Source of the DNA: Caldilineaceae bacterium
GTDB taxonomy: Bacteria > Chloroflexota > Anaerolineae > Caldilineales > Caldilineaceae
Length of the DNA stretch: 64,000 nt
Reading direction: 5' to 3'
Assembly: GCA_965261695.1 (NCBI GenBank)
Contig: OZ253474.1
Span: 3,411,340-3,475,339 of the forward strand
Made by a program: the position numbers and the translations under genes. This document shows positions 60,914 to 64,000 of the stretch, piece after piece. Below the pieces are notes generated by a model. It saw only the letters and a program-made list of their open reading frames with translations. It had not been told where the DNA came from and did no database searches. Numbering within the stretch: the stretch's first letter is position 1; each line of letters starts with the position of its first letter.

Positions 60914-62146
60914 ATGATCTCGATGACCTCTAAGTTGGACTGGCATACGTCTCTGCTGGTGGGGCTGTTCCTGCTGCTCCTGGTCGCGGTTCTCCTGTGG
61001 GGCGACACCACGGTTGAACGGCGGTTCGACCCGGACAGCCGTGAGCCGAGTGGTCTGTTTCTGCTGCAGGAGTGGCTTCAGGAGATGGGCTACCACGTGA
61101 CCACGACCGGCCAGCGGCGCTTTGCCCTCTCGCCGCGCCAGCATCTGCTGCTCATCTATCCCGGCGATGAGCGGTTCACTTCGAGCGAAGCGGACAGCTT
61201 TTTTGAATGGGTCGAGGCCGGCGGCACGGCAGTGATCATCGGTGAGGCCGATACGAAGTTGCGGCGTGCCCTCAATTATAGTGCTTTGACGAGTTTTACG
61301 GTTGGGATTGTGGATCAGAGCCAGCCATTGCTTCCGGATGCGAGCGAACCGTTCGACAGAGGCGGGCGACGGTTCGACCTGACCGAGGCGCCGCAGACGA
61401 TAGCCGTTCTGGACGGTAATCAGGGGCCAAAGCTTGCTGTTCTCAGACGCGGCGACGGCTGGGTCTGGCTCGTGGGCGAGCCGCTTGCATTTACGAACGG
61501 CCAGCTATCCGAAGACCATGCCCAGGCGCAACTGATCCCGGCCTTCCTGCGGACGGTTCCCGCGGGCGGGACGGTTGTCCTTGATTCCTATCATCTGTTT
61601 GGCCCGCTCCTGCCTGTCGGCGCCGCACCCGTCGAATCCCTGAAAGATTGGCTCTACTTCACCACCACCGGCTGGGCTGTCGTCTTTCTGCTGTTGCTGG
61701 GCGGGGGCTGGCTGCTCCTTTCCGGCTGGCGGCTGGGGCCGCCCTTGGAGGTGTTGACCCAGGGGCGACGACGGGAGGCGGCTGAGTTCGTCGTGGCGAT
61801 GGCCGGTCTGCAACGGCGGGCGCGTATCCGCGACCATATCGCCCGCCAACAACGGTATCGACTGAAGCAATTCCTGGGAAAACCCTGGCGCATCCGGCCG
61901 AGTCTGTCGGATGTCGAGTTCTTGCGGCAGTTGCAGGCTATGGATCCGACATTGGGCGTAACCGCCCGTCAAGGCGTTCCCATGCGCAACTATCCTCCGC
62001 CTGACTCCGGCGCTGAGTTGTCAATTGACGAGATCGAACAGATGCTGGATGAGTTGGCGACGGTCCCGGATGAGGAGCGGCTGCTCCAACTCGCGCAGCG
62101 GATCGATCGCGTCAGAGCGTCGGCTGGCGATCGGATTCTGGCATAG
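60914..62146 (+). CDS. DUF4350-like membrane protein (MoxR-operon accessory protein)
   Basis: Start set at ATG 60914 (MISMTSKLDWHTSLLVGLFLLLLVAVLLWG TM). A periplasmic domain with ...AVIIGE... and ...VVLDSYH..., then a second TM and a helical tail. It lies directly upstream of a MoxR ATPase. Confidence 0.6.
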   Translation: MISMTSKLDWHTSLLVGLFLLLLVAVLLWGDTTVERRFDPDSREPSGLFLLQEWLQEMGYHVTTTGQRRFALSPRQHLLLIYPGDERFTSSEADSFFEWVEAGGTAVIIGEADTKLRRALNYSALTSFTVGIVDQSQPLLPDASEPFDRGGRRFDLTEAPQTIAVLDGNQGPKLAVLRRGDGWVWLVGEPLAFTNGQLSEDHAQAQLIPAFLRTVPAGGTVVLDSYHLFGPLLPVGAAPVESLKDWLYFTTTGWAVVFLLLLGGGWLLLSGWRLGPPLEVLTQGRRREAAEFVVAMAGLQRRARIRDHIARQQRYRLKQFLGKPWRIRPSLSDVEFLRQLQAMDPTLGVTARQGVPMRNYPPPDSGAELSIDEIEQMLDELATVPDEERLLQLAQRIDRVRASAGDRILA

Positions 62147-62206
62147 TTTCTTTCCAGACAGCGGCGACCGCTTTCGTTTACGCGCCGCTCTAAAGGTTTG
62201 CAATCC

Positions 62207-63154
62207 ATGAATGTTTCTGAACTCTACGCTTCCATCCGCGAGCAGGCCGCCAAGGTCATCGTTGGCCAGGAGACCGTATTTGAACAGATCGTCATCGCAT
62301 TTCTCAGCGGTGGACACATCCTGCTCGAAGGCGTACCCGGCACCGCCAAGACCCTGATGGCCAAGACGCTTGCCCACCTGACCGACAGCGCGTTCGGACG
62401 CATTCAGTTCACCGCCGATCTGATGCCGTCAGACATCATCGGCACGCAGGTCTACGATCTGGACAATGGGCGTTTCAACCTGCGCAAAGGCCCGATCTTT
62501 ACCCAGATCCTGTTGGCCGACGAGATCAACCGCGCGCCGGCCAAGACCCAATCCGCGCTGCTGGAGGCGATGGAGGAGCGGCAGGTCACCATTGACGGCG
62601 TGGGGTATCCTCTCCGCGAGCCGTTCATGGTGCTGGCGACGCAGAATCCGGTCGAGTACGAGGGCACATATCCGCTGCCGGAGGCCCAGATCGACCGCTT
62701 CCTGTTCAAAGTGCTGGTTGGTTATCCAGCGGACGAGGCGGAGCGGGAGGTGCTGCAACGCTACCACCAGGGCTTCGACGCGCACAAACTGGATGAAGTC
62801 GATATCAGGCCTGTGATCTATCAAGCGGAACTGGCCGGTTTCCGGGAAGAAATCCGGGCGGTAACGGTCGAGCCGGGGGTGTTCGGATACATCACCACGC
62901 TCGTGAGCGCCACCCGCCGCAGCCCGGATCTGCTGCTTGGCGGAAGTCCGCGCGCAAGCATTGCTCTGTTACAATCATCCAAGAGTTACGCGGCTTTGCA
63001 GGGGCGGGCGTATGTCGTCCCTGATGATGTAAAGGCCCTGGCTGCACCGGTGCTGCGCCATCGCGTACTGCTGCGGGCGGAGGCGGAGATCGAAGGAATC
63101 GACGCGGACGGGGCCATCCGCCGCATCGTCACAGGTGTGGATGTGCCGCGTTAG
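62207..63154 (+). CDS. MoxR-family AAA+ ATPase
   Basis: VIVGQE...[11 protein letters not shown] Walker [10 protein letters not shown] Walker [26 protein letters not shown] 62207 (TTG 62198 also in frame). Confidence 0.92.
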   Translation: MNVSELYASIREQAAKVIVGQETVFEQIVIAFLSGGHILLEGVPGTAKTLMAKTLAHLTDSAFGRIQFTADLMPSDIIGTQVYDLDNGRFNLRKGPIFTQILLADEINRAPAKTQSALLEAMEERQVTIDGVGYPLREPFMVLATQNPVEYEGTYPLPEAQIDRFLFKVLVGYPADEAEREVLQRYHQGFDAHKLDEVDIRPVIYQAELAGFREEIRAVTVEPGVFGYITTLVSATRRSPDLLLGGSPRASIALLQSSKSYAALQGRAYVVPDDVKALAAPVLRHRVLLRAEAEIEGIDADGAIRRIVTGVDVPR

Positions 63155-63208
63155 AGACCGGATAATCGTTGATTGGGCCCTGCTCGAAAAGGACGCAAGG
63201 AACTGAGA

Positions 63209-64000
63209 ATGAAAAATCGTCTAAAGCGCTTCTGCACGAGCGGGGCTTCGATCGGAAGGATTGGGAGTCTCTGGAGAATCGGCGTCGTGATCGGATTGAT
63301 CGTCGTCGCCGCGTGTTCGGCGGACGATTCACCCACCACCCGGACTGCAGATCCCGGCGCCACGATTGTGCTTTCTCCCGCGCCTACCGCGACCGCGACA
63401 AGCACCGCCGTCGAAACCGTTCCGCCCACCGACACGCCTGCCCCCCTCCAATCTCCGAGTTGGCCGAGCATCGTCCTGGCCGAGACAATTTCCGGGTTGA
63501 ACAGTCCTGTAGATTTCGCCGACGCCAGAGACGGGTCCGGACGGCTGTATGTGGTCGAGCAGATAGGACTGGTTCAGATGTTTGTCGATGGCGTCAAAGG
63601 GCAGTCCCCATTTCTCGATATCCGCGACCGGGTGGATTGTTGCGGTGAAAGAGGGCTGCTCGGCATCGCATTCCCCCCCGACTTCGCCAACAGCCGCGTG
63701 GTGTATGTCAACTATACGACCACTCTGCCCGGCAGCCTGCATACCCGCGTCTCCCGCTTCCACCTGCGCGGCGACGCGCATCAGGCCGATCCGAACTCGG
63801 AAGAGGTCCTTCTGGAGTTCCACCAACCTTGGGGCAATCACAATGGCGAACAGATCGTATTCGGTCCCAAAGGCAACTTGTGGATTGGGACCGGAGACGG
63901 CGGCAGCGGCGGCGATCCCCAGGACAACGGGCAAAAAGGGCAGACGCTGCTGGGCAAGCTCCTGCGCATCGACGTAACCTCCCCCACAGAGGCGCGCTAC
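63209..64000 (+). CDS. PQQ-dependent sugar (glucose/sorbosone) dehydrogenase-like lipoprotein, 5' part (runs off the window)
   Basis: Not in the ORF track because it has no in-window stop. The frame is open from ATG 63209 to 64000. Lipobox VVAAC. GSDH-type blocks RLYVVEQ.G, FLDI...V....ERGLLGIAF.P.F, SRF, HNGG-like WGNHNGEQIVFGP, GDGGSGGDP, GKLLRID. Confidence 0.8.
   Translation, partial: MKNRLKRFCTSGASIGRIGSLWRIGVVIGLIVVAACSADDSPTTRTADPGATIVLSPAPTATATSTAVETVPPTDTPAPLQSPSWPSIVLAETISGLNSPVDFADARDGSGRLYVVEQIGLVQMFVDGVKGQSPFLDIRDRVDCCGERGLLGIAFPPDFANSRVVYVNYTTTLPGSLHTRVSRFHLRGDAHQADPNSEEVLLEFHQPWGNHNGEQIVFGPKGNLWIGTGDGGSGGDPQDNGQKGQTLLGKLLRIDVTSPTEARY

Overview
GC-rich (about 60% by eye), densely coding bacterial chromosomal segment. 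Most of it is housekeeping. It carries pheS, a complete F1Fo ATP synthase operon (atpBEFHAGDC, 30.7-37.6 kb), proBA, ilvE, coaD, hemW, rimO and cytochrome c maturation genes. It also carries two MoxR AAA+ modules, a CUT1-type sugar ABC operon with two PhyH-family dioxygenases and a cyclase/formamidase, a Ser/Thr kinase divergent from an FHA-wHTH regulator, and two membrane-anchored clan GH-A glycosidase-like proteins. Gene content and the single atp operon look Chloroflexota-like, but that is a guess without a database search. Four things are not routine. (i) Five head-to-tail, near-identical copies of a Uma2-family nuclease gene (1.17-5.85 kb), whose C-terminal 21-bp/7-aa repeat varies from 3 to 6 units between copies. 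(ii) Two copies of a ~1.2-kb non-coding transposable element (15590-16782 and 53095-54312). Each has perfect 12-bp TIRs, its own 8-bp target-site duplication, an internal third TIR, and a 225-250 bp core of 10-bp-phased iteron/A-tract arrays. Both copies end exactly 15 nt upstream of a -35 hexamer. (iii) A 54-unit, 378-bp heptanucleotide array (CCACTGA/CCACCGA) between a promoter-like element and the ilvE RBS. (iv) An apparently orphan gamma-class N6-adenine DNA methyltransferase directly upstream of, and co-oriented with, a YcaQ-type DNA glycosylase that is translationally coupled to an SLC12-like transporter. I recognised no rRNA, tRNA or CRISPR array. Many long ORFs in the supplied track are antisense or high-GC artefacts. 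All family assignments come from motif recognition by eye, not from searches.
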